A stretch of 60,876 bases of DNA, filler included, from Basidiobolus ranarum (lineage: Eukaryota), in the NCBI GenBank assembly GCA_040143965.1. It is 3 parts of 3 records of this genome, joined end to end, with 100 filler letters (N's around TTAATTAATTAA, not from the genome) between each part and the next. Parts side by side here need not be neighbours in the genome. Positions count along the whole stretch, not along the records: positions 20,413 to 40,689 come from JASJQH010000232.1; positions 40,790 to 60,876 come from JASJQH010000234.1; 1 more part is not named here. One strand, written 5' to 3'. This document shows, piece by piece, positions 29,456 through 42,530 of the stretch (positions within the stretch are counted from its first letter, which is position 1; each line of letters starts with the position of its first letter). The position numbers were made by a program, and so were the translations under genes. Below the pieces are notes generated by a model. That model was not told where the DNA came from and ran no database searches. It saw only the letters and a list, made by a program, of their open reading frames with translations.

Positions 29456-31980
29456 ATGAACGACTTGATTCCACTGGTGAATAAATTACAAGACGTTTTT
29501 AATACCGTCGGTAATGATCAGATTGATTTGCCACAAATTGTAGTCGTTGGGTACAGTTTTAAAGTTATCTCTAGATTGTATCTCATTTCATACTAATGTC
29601 AACCTTTTCTTCCCTTTTGACTTATTATTCTTGTCGAAAAATCACTATCATTGGAACAGCTCACAATCTTCGGGGAAATCTTCTGTATTAGAGAACATTG
29701 TTGGTAGAGACTTTTTACCTAGAGGAAGTGGAATTGTTACTCGACGTCCTTTGGTTTTTCAACTTGTAAACATACCTCAAGATTCTTTAACTCAAGAGTA
29801 CGCCGAGTTTCTACATATCCCTGATAAAAGATTTACCGACTTGAGAGATGTTCGTGCTGAAATCGAAAAAGAAACTTTGCGTATTGCTGGTTCCAATAAA
29901 GGCATCTCTAGAGTACCAATTCATTTGAAGATCTATTCTACTGAGGTTCTCAACTTGACTTTGGTTGACTTGCCTGGGCTAACTAAGGTATTGCTACGAA
30001 GAGCACTCTTATGCAAAGATATCCTACTAATCACTGCAATATATAGATTCCCATTGGTGATCAACCCACAGATATTGAAAAGCAAACCAGGCAATTAATA
30101 TTCGAATATATTGCCAAGCCCAATAGGTAAAGAAGCCCTGTAGCTAGTACAATACAGAATCATCATCTAATTCGCAGGTTACTTCTAAATTTAGTGTAAT
30201 ATTGGCTGTTAGTCCCGCCAATGTTGATATTGTAAATTCCGAAAGCTTAAAAGCAGCCAGAGAGGTAGATCCTGATGGTAAGAAACTGTGGTAATATATG
30301 TGGTTAAGTCGGATAGGTCACTGAGCATCATGAATATAGGCACACGCACTGTGGGTGTAATAACCAAAATCGATTTGATGGATGCCGGAACGAATGCCCT
30401 TGACATCTTAGCAGGCCGTGTTATCCATCTAAAACTGGGCTTTATAGGGGTTGTCAATAGAAGCCAACAGGACAATGTAGCCAACATAGCCATATCCAAG
30501 TCTCTCGAAAGAGAGTCGGAGTTTTTCAAATCCCATCCAGCATACAAAAATATAGCAGATAGATGCGGTACCGCGTATCTGGCCAAAACCCTTAATCACA
30601 TCCTAGTGAAGCACATCCGTGAAAAACTGCCTGACATGAAGACAAAACTCAACACCTTGATTGGCCAAACGCTACAGGAACTGAACACTTATGGCGATAC
30701 CTCTCTGTCACAAACCGCCAATCAAGGAGTGTTCGTTTTGAATTTACTTACTAAATTCTCCAATAGTTTTATATCATCCATCGATGGTACATCCCCCGAA
30801 TTCTCCACATCCGAGCTGTCTGGAGGGGCGCGTATTTATTATATTTTCAATAACATTTTCGGTGCTGCTTTGGATTCCATTAGTCCAGGAGGAAATCTTA
30901 CTTTACAAGACATCCGTACGGCTATTCGGAACTCGACCGGTCCTCGGGCGTCTCTCTTTGTTCCGGAGATTGCATTTGAGCTACTGGTTAAACCACAAAT
31001 CAAGCGCTTAGAGCATCCTAGTTTGCGTTGTGTCGAGCTCGCTTACGAGGAGCTCATCAAAATGTGCCACAATTCCAACGATAAGGTAAGATCTTTACAG
31101 TTATTGTAGTCATAAAGAGCGGATTCTAACACTTGGCCATTTATCTCCTAGGAATTCCGAAAATACCCCAAACTGTACGCCAAGATCATCGAGGTAGTAT
31201 CGGATTTACTCAGAGAAAGACTTGAACCGACCTCGAATTACGTGGAAAGCTTGATCAGTATTGAAATGGCTTACATTAACACCAACCATCCGGATTTTAT
31301 TGGTGGTAGTGGGGCTCTTGCAGCATTGGAACAGAAGACCCATAAGAAAAAAAGAGACCTGGAAAGACTGAAACGAGTAAGCGTCATGTTCCCGAGTCTT
31401 TCATCTCGCAACTCTCTAATTACATCTTGCTTACTAGACTAATCCGGCTCAGGTTACCGCCGTAGTGAACACAGTAAAGGAGGAAGAGGAGGTTGTTGGA
31501 GACAAAGGGAATACAGACAACGATAGATTCCTCAAGTATTTCTTTGGAAACAACAAAGAAAAATCGGAGGATGACACCCGAAAGCGATTCTCTGAGGATA
31601 TGGTTATGCCAGAGAAAATCAACCAGAGTAACTATCTGCAAGTCCAAGAGAACCCATTGACTCCTGAATCGGATGAAGAGAGAAATGATTTCTCGGAGCG
31701 TGAAGAAATGGAGACTCAACTGATCCGATCACTCATCACCTCTTACTTCAATATTGTCCGTAAATCCATTCAAGATCGCATACCTAAGACTATCATGCAC
31801 CTGTTAGTTAATCACATCAGAGAAAACATTCAAAACAGGTTGGTTTCCGAGCTCTACAGACAAGAAGCTTTCGAAGAATTATTGCAAGAGGATGAGAACA
31901 TCGTGGCTGAAAGGGATAAATGTAAAACCATGCTCGAGATTTACCGAAGAGCGTTTTCAATCATTAGCGAAGCTATCTAA
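29456..31980 (+). CDS. DNM1: Dynamin-related GTPase, mitochondrial fission type, multi-exon
   Basis: [41 protein letters not shown] (Dnm1-like rather than Vps1 GGARISFVF), C-terminal GED. Confidence 0.88.
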
Positions 31981-34569
31981 ACTCACTTGATTCATTAATG
32001 GCAATTTCATTTATATTAAAATCCACCAATAAGCATCTAATCTGATACTTTTCTTTATACCTAACGATTCATCATCTCCATCTCCATCCCCATCCCCGTC
32101 TGGTCCCTCAATCCTTTTTGTATATCTTCTTGTAAGGATCATTAAATTACATTCATATAGCCCAACCATATGAAGATTAAACCCACTCAAAGGACGAGAA
32201 ACCTAATTATGGGTATGTCTCAACTTGTTCATTAATGAGTTTAGCCATGGTTGACACGCATTACTGGATTGACAGATGCTCTTGTCAATGTCTATATTTT
32301 CAAATGCTCAAGCATCTACATGCTATTTGGAGTAATTGAGTAACCCGAATAGTCCTTGACTGATGCATGTTAAGGTAAAGGAGGAGAGGAGTGTCTGGGA
32401 TAAGCATTCGTCTATGCCGAATGTTCCTCGCATATGTTATTCAATGGATAACACAAAGCATTGACTACCATCCAGATCAATGGAAATACTGGTGGTATTT
32501 ACCAATGACCGATGAATCGAATGAGCTATTAGTTTCAGTATCTCTCCTAGGTATTCTCTTGAAGGGAACAACTCCAAGCTTGTGCTGATATCTCCTTTTT
32601 TGGTTGGTAAGCGAGTATATCTAGATTATTGTTACAACGCCATTGTTCTCACAATTGGATTCCATCAGTGGTTTTACGTGTCTCTTTAGTTGAAATCAAC
32701 TCATTTATCAAAGCTCTTTCCACTCGCTCAAATGAGAAGGCGTACAGATAAGTGATTAAGGGAAATTACTGAAAAAAAGGTACAGCCGATAAGTCTTGAA
32801 TATAGCTATTAAATACCATGCTTGAGGTTCGATGACTTGAGCATATCTATACTAATCCATACAGAAAGTGTCAACCATGCCATTTAGATCCCTTTCGTGT
32901 GGACTTTCTGTCTACATCAAATGAATTTAGTCAATTCCCTAATACAGCCAATTTGTTGAACACTTTGATGGGTTAGGTTTGATGTATGGTTGGTTCAATA
33001 TTTCCGAATTTCATTAATTTAAGTGTGCATCAGTAATTGCTATACAATTCTTAGTTTATGAGGCTGGCTCTGACTAGAGTAGGATTGGGATTGGAAACAA
33101 AATGTCACCCTCATGCAGTAAGTTCGTACGAAACACGAATTTAAACCAGAGCCTTGAAATGAATAGATAGATCATACGCAAGGGACTGAATATTGCTGAC
33201 TGCTTTACCGCAAGATGTAAGAAGATGCATGTCATACTTATCATATATGCCAACTATTTTTAATCAAACCTATGTTTAGAACCCTGCTATAGATTGAAAG
33301 TAGATACTCAGGCGGTGTAAAATCTGAATCCACAAACTGCAGAAGAATGCAATAAAATAACCTTTAATATCTATAAGACCATTGCAGCTTTTTGAGTCCA
33401 TATTTTCTTTGGTAATAGTCTCCTCATCACATTGTATCTTTAGTAGTTTGCAGCATGGTAGGATGGTAAATCATATTCCATTGGTCTACCGATCAAATGA
33501 AGTAACTGAGAAATAAACAACTCAACCGTTTCCAATCCTCGTTCATGAATCAACCAAGACACATCACGAGCATCTTAACGTGTGTTGACTCTGTTCCAAT
33601 CAAATGGTATCCTTAAAGTTCCTGAATTGAATCTAAAAATGGTATTTGGTAATTAAGATTTGTCTTGATTTGATTGGTTTCCGAGATAGAGTGATTCGAC
33701 CTCGCAGCCACATCTTTTGTCAGAATAGTGGTTTGGATTCTAACAAGTATTTGAGATTTCAATAACCACGTATTTCATTTACTACGCGCTCTACATATCT
33801 ATCGGAGAAAACATGGATGCAGCTTCTTCTACTCATGCTGTAACGGTTCAATTCGAATTGCTTTATGAATTCACATAGATTCACATATTCCTACATACTA
33901 AGGGGTATGGGAGTACATAATATTCATCAATCTTTTCGAATCTCTTCGAAGTATAATCATTTCACTTATCCTTAAATCGTTTCTTGGTGGTAGCAAGAAT
34001 TAAAAACCGGTTCGACTGATTTCGAGACATCACTTTATCTATAGAAGTGCCATAGAATGTCATACAAGTACAAATTATAGAATAGCTAGAATCCCGATCG
34101 AAGGGCCGCCATACCGTGTAATGGAAAGTAAGAGAGATCCAAGACTTTAATTTCAGGAACTATTAGTAAGTGAGCTATGAGATATGAGAAATAGGGGCTA
34201 GAGATCCTAAAGAAAAGGGGTAAAGAAAAAATTCGAACCCCTTATCCATCTTCTGTGACAAAGTGGAAGTTTAAGTTGAATGCCACAAAAGGGAATTGAT
34301 TGAAATTCATTGGTACACCTGCTACGCTTCTCGAGTACTTTCTATTTAAAGTGATCACATCTTCCCTAGAGAATCAATTATTACCAAGCCTTGTCTTTCT
34401 ACTGAGCTATTTCGCTTTTGTTTAATTGAAAATCAATTCCAATTGCTTCTTTTTACTTGATAACTTAACAAGTAAAACCCACCACTGGGTTGATATCATC
34501 ATTATATAATACTAGCTGAGTTTTGTATTATTCACATAGATTACCATATTATAGAATTCTCTCTGCGTA

Positions 34570-36338
34570 ATGTCTTCACCATATCCCTTTTCTTCCCCAC
34601 CTCAAGTGTCGCACTTCCTCGGTGCTGGCCCTCCTAGTATCCTAGGGCGTGGCAATGGAGCCGGAAAAGATCATCAGACACCTGCTCTTAGCTCTCCAAT
34701 ACCAAGTCCATACTTTTCCCCATACTCTTCTAGTTTTCAATCACCTACTATCAATAGTCCGTTTGTTGGTGCTAATTCTCCACATAATTTCGGACACTCA
34801 ATGCCCATTAATCTCCCGATACAAGATTCATATTATGGTGGAGGAACTCCCGCACAATCACCTCAACTCTATTCTCCTCACCCTTCCATGATGGATTCAC
34901 CAAGAATGGGCTTCCCTACTAGTCCGTGGTCACCAACAACCTCTTGGGCCAGTACTATGCTTCCATCCGGAATGGGGAATTCATGGCTTGGACTTGCAGG
35001 CATGGGTTTCCCTAGTCAGCCACGCCCAAAGCTTACAACCACTCTTTGGGAAGATGAAAATACCGTTTGCTATCAAGTGGATGCCAAAGGAATTTGTGTT
35101 GCTCGCAGACAAGGTAAGGGCAATTTTAACCTCAAATATTCCCATCTTTTTCTTTAAAACTAACTCGTTGATATTAGACAATGACATGGTGAATGGAACG
35201 AAACTTCTTAATGTTACTGGAATGTCTAGAGGAAAGCGAGATGGCATTTTGAAGAATGAAAAAGGAAGAGTTGTGGTTAAAGTGGGGGCAATGCATCTGA
35301 AGGGAGTTTGGTGAGTGCTTTGCTGACATATGATATCACCAAAATATTTCAGTTTGACTTATGATCAATTAAAATATCTTTAGGATTACCTTTCAAAGAG
35401 CTAAGGCTTTAGCTGCTCAATTCAAGATTGCTGATCTGCTATACCCTCTTTTTGCTGATGATCCATCACCTTACTTGTACAATCCTCATTGTCCACCGAA
35501 TATGGGTGGTCCTCAAATGTCAAACGTCTCTGGTGTTCACTCGTATATGAATGGTATGGGCTCACCTGGGCTTCCACAGAAATCCCAAATGCCATATCAC
35601 AATGCTATGGCTCATTTAGCCATGAGCAGTCCAAATATGTATGCATCTCAAGGGCATCCTCGTATGGGTTCAAGTCCAAGCATGAATAGCAACCTTCTAT
35701 CTTCCCCACCACAATTGGGAAGTGAAGAGAATGAAAATACCAATTCTGTGCATGATTCGCCAATCATTCAAAATCACAGTTATTCCAGAGACATACACAA
35801 TCCGTTCGTCTCTCCAGCTGAGCCTGGTACACGTGAATATGAAATATCTGGGAATCTACAATCCAATCCTAAAAAGAGGAATCTGGAAGATATGGAGGAT
35901 GGCTATTATGGTAACTTGGGGAGGACAATGTCCAATCCTCTTAGCAGAGGATTTGCCGCCTTTCCTTCACCCCTTTCTTTATCTCCTAGTTCCCTTCCCT
36001 CCCCTTCTATAGCACAATCAAACTCTACTTTTAATTGTGATGCGTCACCATTGATGAATAAGCGTATTAAGCTTCCAGATTCTGAGCAATTTAGACCTCA
36101 AGAATCCAATGACCAGGAAGAATACTTGAATTCCTTACATGGGGATTATATATCCTATGAGCGACCTACTTCCACGCCGGCATTCCAACAGGAATCCTTG
36201 GGATTATTATTTGATACTCTAAGTCCACCAGAGAGTGAAACTGATAACCAGTACGAGCCAAGTTATGACTCAAACCGATATGAAGACAATTCAACGGATA
36301 ATGGACAGCGATATAACATAGCAAACACAGTTCAATGA
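34570..36338 (+). CDS. APSES-domain transcription factor (StuA/Sok2/Efg1 group), 3 exons
   Basis: [68 protein letters not shown] flanked by S/P/M-rich low-complexity regions. Confidence 0.93.
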
Positions 36339-36699
36339 AGTAATAGCCGGTCCGTTTACTTCTACATTTCCTTTTGATTTTCTTTGTAACATTTTGACTT
36401 GTTTCTTGGGGTTTTTTTCTATATCTTCTTTATTTACCACTGTATGCCATTGAGGAGGAGCAGGACTTTGCAAGGGTTCTTATATTATATATCATTGTTT
36501 AGGTGTGGGTGTGGGTGTGGGTGTACATTGATAATTACATTAAATCTCATCATCACATGATTCTCTCCTTTCGATAATTAGATTCTAGATCGGAATTAAT
36601 TTGTTCCTTTTTGTATGACTTGGGTTTTTTCTATTTCCTTTTTGGTTCGGAATTTTATATATATAATAAGCTACAGACAAAGTGCAAGGAGAATTCGAA

Positions 36700-38046
36700 A
36701 TGACCAAATTAACCAACGCTAACGAGATATTGAAGTCAGTGGAGGAGTATTACGGAAAGGTACTAAACACTTCGAATGATCTGAAGACTGATGGTATTTA
36801 CTACGTTTGTTTATTGTTTACGTGTTAATCTTGTCACCTAAATTATTCTTTATACAGCCTGTACGACTTGTTGTGCTCCAGCAAAAGATATCCAAGATAT
36901 ATTGAAATTGGTCCCTGAGGAAGTTAAGGAAAAGTACTACGGGTGTGGAACCCCTTTACCTCTAGGGATTGAGGGTCTTAACCTACTTGACTTGGGCTCT
37001 GGTTCTGGAAGAGACTGCTATGTTGCTACACAATTAGTGGGTCCTACTGGGACTGTAACTGGTTCGTATGTTAACGTATTTCTGTTGCACGTACGAAGTT
37101 AACTTATATTTTGAGTAGGAGTCGATATGACTGATGAGCAACTAGAGGTCGCCCGCCAAAATATTGACCTTTATGCTGAAAAACTTGGATACCAACCTAA
37201 TTTACGTTTTGTTAAGGGTTTTATTGAATTCTTAAAAGGTAAATATTCCTTATTTCATGTGCTTCCTTTCTCTATACTAAAGCATCATTATACAGAGGCG
37301 GGAATTGAGGATAACAGTATTGACTTGTGCATTTCAAACTGTGTGGTGAATTTATCTCCCAATAAGGAACTGGTAATTGCTGGAGTCTTTCGTGCACTCA
37401 AGGAAGGAGGTATGTGTGAAAACTAAAGAGAATTTCTCCGCTTCAATCTTAACAGCTGTTTATTAGGAGAGTTCTATTTCTCCGATGTATACGCTGATAG
37501 ACCAGTACCTGAGGAAGTTCGTCAACATCCAATATTGGTAGGAGAGTGTCTTGGTGGAGCACTTGAAATTGAGGTAATTAAGGTTTCACTTGTAGTTTAC
37601 GCAAGGCTATTTTCATTGACCATCAAGTTTAGGAGTTTAAGAGGATTTGTCATAGTGTTGGTTTTATAGATACACGCATGCTCTCCAAATCCCCTATTGA
37701 AGTAAAAGATCCGGAACTTTTGACTCTAGTAGGGGATGTAAAATTCTATTCCATTACTTATAGATTGTTTAAGATCTCTACTTTGGAGTCATCTCGTAAG
37801 TTCCATGGTCATACTGCCACTTATCTGGGTACTATTCCTGGTCACCCAGATGATTATTCACTTGATGGTTGTACTCGCTTAGTGAAGGATCAACCCACTT
37901 CAGTAAGTGGTAATTCGGCAGAGATGCTTTCAAAGACTTGGTTATCTAAGTACTTCAAAGTGGAACAAAATTCTGAGAATACAGTAGCACCTGCTCCCAC
38001 TTCCTTTAAAAATGACAACTGTTGCGGTCCAAAGAAATGCTGTTAA
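36700..38046 (+). CDS. Arsenite S-adenosylmethionine methyltransferase (ArsM/AS3MT family), multi-exon
   Basis: EYYGKVL..DLKTDAC, KYYGCG, LDLGSGSGRDC, GVDMTDEQL, ISNCVVNLSP, GEFYFSDVY, GECLGGA, FYSITYRLFK; Cys-rich tail CCGPKKCC. Confidence 0.92.
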
Positions 38047-38121
38047 GCATCACCCAAATTGAATAATAAATCATCAATATGTTAGCATCACACAAATTGA
38101 ATAATAAATCATCAACATGTT
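38046..38121 (+). repeat. About 38-bp tandem duplication in the ArsM 3' UTR
   Basis: agcatcac(c/a)caaattgaataataaatcatcaa(t/c)atgtt twice, each copy with AATAAA. Confidence 0.85.
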
Positions 38122-38829
38122 CCACATGACTTATATGAATGAAAATTGGTCATAACTGACGGAAACGATGGAATTCCTTGAGTATTTCATATCTCTATAA
38201 ATGATGTTTGATTTTTAATCCAATATATAACCAGTCAGTATTCCAAATCAATTTCGATTCTGGCTTTGATTTGATTGTAAGTGTAGGTACATATCATTGA
38301 TCGTAAGTGTAGGTCACTATCATTGAATGAAGTGATCGATTATTCCATTCGAAACATATCGAATGTGTTTCGATAGTCTTATCGGATCTGCATATCGTAT
38401 AAAAAAACTTCTGATTCCTATTTCTAATAATATACTTTCATCAAATAGTGATTTCTACTGCTGGAATTAAATTACTTGTACCGATTGGAAAACTTTCTTC
38501 TGCCTCAAGCCCACTTCTAACATATTTGAAGGTTTCAGTCATTCAGTTCACTAGTGATGTTGATTTGGCTTTCATGCAAAAAGTGTAATCATATGGCTCT
38601 GGAGTAATGCTATGTAGGACAACAAAATTGAAATTCTGAAAATAGGTAATATAGGGATTTCAAATATATTTGTAGTCATAAATATATACAAATATATCAG
38701 ATGTGGCAACTATTTGGATTATCAAGTTTGGAGCTAAAATCCTTGTATAGAGTATTTCATAGTTATGAGTAACACAGTATTAAATCTTAGCCTGTGGTGT
38801 AATGGTATAAACTTGTTACAATTTCTCAA

Positions 38830-39480
38830 TGAGAACCATTAGTTCTTTCTGATTCTCCTAACCACTTCTAACAACTCCCAAAATACTCAAGCAGTTTATG
38901 AGCCATAGGCTTGGGCTTTTGGCAACACCTATCTCTTGAATATTTGAACTTTTCTGTTCTATGAAAAACTGGATGAAACCATTGTCTGCTAAGATGGTTT
39001 AGAAAGCTGTGGAAGATCTCTACAAAATATATTTCACTCCCAGTATGATATATTTAACAAGCAACTCTTTGACTTAACAATGGAGACAGGAGAAAACATT
39101 GAGATGCCAATCAATTGAGTTGTTAGTTTAGTGGATTTAAAGGAATGCATTGGGATACCTACTACAAGCCTAGTTATGGCTCTAGAGTCCAGGCTTAAAA
39201 ATCTAGTCTTACAGTATGAAATTGGCAGACTTTTGAGTGAAGATTATATAAATCAAGACCCACTTAAAAAGTGAAGAAATAATTTAGTAGGTTAATGGAA
39301 ACCTTCCTATAAAAATGGAAAGCAATATGAGACAAAGTGATTAGTATTCTGTATATATTATGAAAGAAATGGCCATATAAGAATAGTCTTCTTTTGAAGA
39401 ATTGTCAAAGAAAAAAGGAAATGTCTGGAGACGTAAGAATGACAAATAATCAATTACTCATTTCAGGACAATCCATGAAA
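38830..39480 (+). mobile_element. Degenerate copia 5' portion: LTR 3' end, PBS and pseudogenised gag
   Basis: 38830-38893 is the reverse complement of the LTR terminus seen elsewhere; then GTTTATGAGCC; then broken frames resembling copia gag (QLFDLTMETGENIE; decayed CCHC knuckle near 39350-39390). Confidence 0.65.
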
Positions 39481-39489
39481 ACTAATGGT

Positions 39490-40304
39490 CTAAGTATTTT
39501 GGGAACCTGTACAAAATGGCTTGTAAATGTAGAGAAATTGGTGGTTTATACATATTAATATATTAGGCTGAAACTTGACATTGATAGTTTTGTCAAGATA
39601 TTAGCAAATAAATGTGTAAAATGTGCTAAGAAAGATCCCAAGAGCTGTTAAAGTATTGGGGAGCCTGTTGGAAGTGGTTTGGAGAATTAGAGGAATTGGT
39701 GGTTTTCACTTATTCATTTTTTGAGTAGAGAGTTAACATTTATAGTTTTGTCAAGATATAAACAAACTAACATGAAAATGTGTTATGAAAGGCCCCAGGA
39801 GCATGTGTGCAAAGTGCGGGGCCTCTAGCACAAGTTTGAAAAGTCTATATATCTGAGGACTTCTAAATGGGTAAAATTATTCTAAGTAAATTCTAATTGA
39901 GAATAATGGAGAGTAGCTTAGTGTATTATAAGATAACTAAGTACTAATCAATATATGACTATATCAGAGTCTAGGCAATGCTAATTTTAACACTCTTCTT
40001 CAACTAAGTAGTCATATAAATTAATCATAACAAAGGTTTAATTTTCTCAAATATCTGTCTAGCTAATGGTTTGGTTAATATATCAGCAATCATGTCTTCT
40101 GTAGAGCAATAAGCTAAGTCAATAAACTTATTTTCCATAGTCTCTCTAATGAAGTGATGCTTAATATCTATATGTTTGCCTCTATTAAGAAACATGGAAT
40201 TTTTAGCTAATTTGATACAACTTTGATTATCTTGAAATATCAAAGTTGGTGAATTTTGAAAATAACCTAAATCTGTTAAGAGTTTTCTTAACCATGTTGC
40301 TTCT
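39490..40304 (-). mobile_element. Copia 3' end: RNase H remnant, PPT and full LTR (39646-39992), abutting an older truncated LTR (about 39490-39645)
   Basis: EATWLRKLLTDLG..IFQDNQSCIKLAKN..KHIDIKHHFIRE..DMIADILTKPL; purine tract GAAGAAGAG directly before TGTTAAAA; LTR ends TGTTAAA/TTTAACA. Confidence 0.9.
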
Positions 40305-40689
40305 TGTTGGATAATTGATCTTTATTCAACATCTTAGTTAACTTTAGGTATGATACATATATGAGAAACAGAAAGCAACATTTCTATAGCCCCTACATTG
40401 TAGATTGGAATATGCCTATATCTATATAGCAAGTATATTTTATAATCCCTACTTATCTATTATATCTTATTACACAAACTTTCAATATCTCAAACAATTG
40501 ATTTACTTTTCTGTTATATAAATCACCATGTACTCCTAAGGATAAAGTAATTCAATCACACTATCATAAGTTGTTTCTGTTGAAGTTTATTGTCTTTATC
40601 ATATATGTTATCCCTATCTTTATACACCTAACTATTTCATATATCACATATTAGTTAGTCAACATTATTTAGTCAAATATCACTTAGCT

Positions 40690-40789
40690 NNNNNNNNNNN
40701 NNNNNNNNNNNNNNNNNNNNNNNNNNNNNNNNNTTAATTAATTAANNNNNNNNNNNNNNNNNNNNNNNNNNNNNNNNNNNNNNNNNNNN
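40690..40789. other. Artificial contig spacer N44-TTAATTAATTAA-N44
   Basis: Same 100-nt structure as 20313-20412. Confidence 0.97.
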
Positions 40790-41269
40790 AGTAAATTCCG
40801 ATTGAGAATAATTGATAATATCTTAGTGAGTTATAAGATAACTAAGTACTAAGCTATATATGACTATATAGGTGTTTAGGCAATGCTAATTTCAACAATT
40901 TGGAGAGCTAGAAGAATTGGTGGTTTCAGCTGTGATTTATTTTGTACAAGTTGACATTTATACTTTTGTCAAGGAGAAGATAAACTAACATGCAGAGTAC
41001 AAGGAACATGTATGAAAAGTCTGAGGCTTTTAGCACAAGTTATCAAAATCTATATATCTGAGAATTTCTAAGTAAATTCCTCTCGAGAATAATGGGTAAT
41101 ATCTTAGTTCAATATAGGATAACTACATACTAAGCTATGTTTGACTATATAGGTGTTTAAGCAATGCTAATTTCAATAAATTCCTCATGAAGATATTGAA
41201 CAATAACATAGTGAAATTTAGGTAGTTAACTCTGACTATTTAGATGCTTAAGCTATGTCATTTTCAACA
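40790..41269 (-). mobile_element. Stack of three partial copia LTRs
   Basis: Repeated LTR terminus gcaatgctaatttcaa(c/t)a ending at 40897 and 41178, and a decayed copy ending at 41269. Confidence 0.8.
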
Positions 41270-41876
41270 CTATGCTACTCTAGTAAGTAACTTCTCAAGG
41301 CAATTAAATTGATATAGGCTGATAGTCCATAGGAAGATGCAGATAAATTGATGATTATACCCAGGAAAGTGCAAAGGGTATCATTACACACAAGCAACGT
41401 ATACGGGCACACAGATTGTCATTATTTACCACAAATATCAGCTCATATATTCCCGTGGTGAGTCTGTGATGGGTGATAGTGACATAGATCAAGAGTCATA
41501 TGATTACAATAGTGACTCGGGTTATTAAGCTAGAGATCACTCGAATTCATGTGAGCGTTGATCAACCACTGGTGTCCCCTAAATGATCTCTTCACTCTAC
41601 TACTACCAATGAGCTAACATGGTTGCTGTTCCACATAAAACGAAACGAGGGAATTTACTTGACATTGTGGCTTAGCTATTATCATAGTCTGAGGGGTGAC
41701 TTGTAATATATACTTGTCCTACTACATCACGAGTTCAATATATTCTCAACACATGAATGTTTGGTGTGTAAATTAACCTGGAGATAAAGAGAAACAATGA
41801 AAGAGTGAGACTTAGGGGGAACTATAAAAGATGTCCAAGCTACTGATTCAAAGCTTAACTCCTTTCCTATCTGAAA

Positions 41877-42095
41877 ATGAATACTGTCTTCGCTCGTAGT
41901 GCTATCCGGTCACGCTCAACCATCCTTGGGAACCTTCGTCGTAGCGATTATCATTTTGAGAATATCAAAGGTGACAATATGCCATTTTCATACAAAAACC
42001 GACGTGTCTTCGCTGTAAAAATGACCGCCTTCTGTGGACTCGGTTTTGCTTTACCCTTCGTTGCTTCGTACTGGCAACTGTCCAAGAGTCAATAA
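41877..42095 (+). CDS. COX8: Cytochrome c oxidase subunit VIIc (fungal Cox8)
   Basis: Arg-rich presequence, HFENIKGDNMPFSYKN, transmembrane FCGLGFALPFVASYWQLSK; TATAAAA at about 41823. Confidence 0.88.
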   Translation: MNTVFARSAIRSRSTILGNLRRSDYHFENIKGDNMPFSYKNRRVFAVKMTAFCGLGFALPFVASYWQLSKSQ

Positions 42096-42530
42096 CTTAC
42101 CATGTAAAGTTCTCAACATAAAGTAACCTAATAAATGTGATTCTTTCCAACAATATCTTGACTCAACATTGTTGATTTATGTTATTCGCAAACAAAATTA
42201 CTTGCTCATGGTATAGTGAGAAAATATATAAAAGAATTGGACTTCTATGCTGTTACCACAGTAAGCTTTTACCCGTCACTTTAGGGCTTAGTATGATGCA
42301 AATCTTGGGATACATTCACTTCTAAGCCAAGATCAGAGATACCATCTTAACGTACTAATCTCAGCCTATATTCGATATGGTAATTGTACTTGATTACTCT
42401 TCCTTTTCCAAATACGGAAAACGACATCTTGGATAGTGTCGGCTTTGATACCAAGTACTCGTGAAGATGAATGTATATATTTGTATCTCTTGTGCAAATA
42501 ATTTACCACTCACTGAATCAATATCTAAGA

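Noticed and set aside
36700-38046. Possible selenocysteine-containing ArsM
   Set aside because: The Cys motifs I read use TGT/TGC; no in-frame TGA is needed and I saw no SECIS.
38789-38812. GTGGTGTAATGGT, resembling a tRNA A-box
   Set aside because: No anticodon arm or T-loop (GTTCRA) follows, and it lies in decayed repeat DNA.
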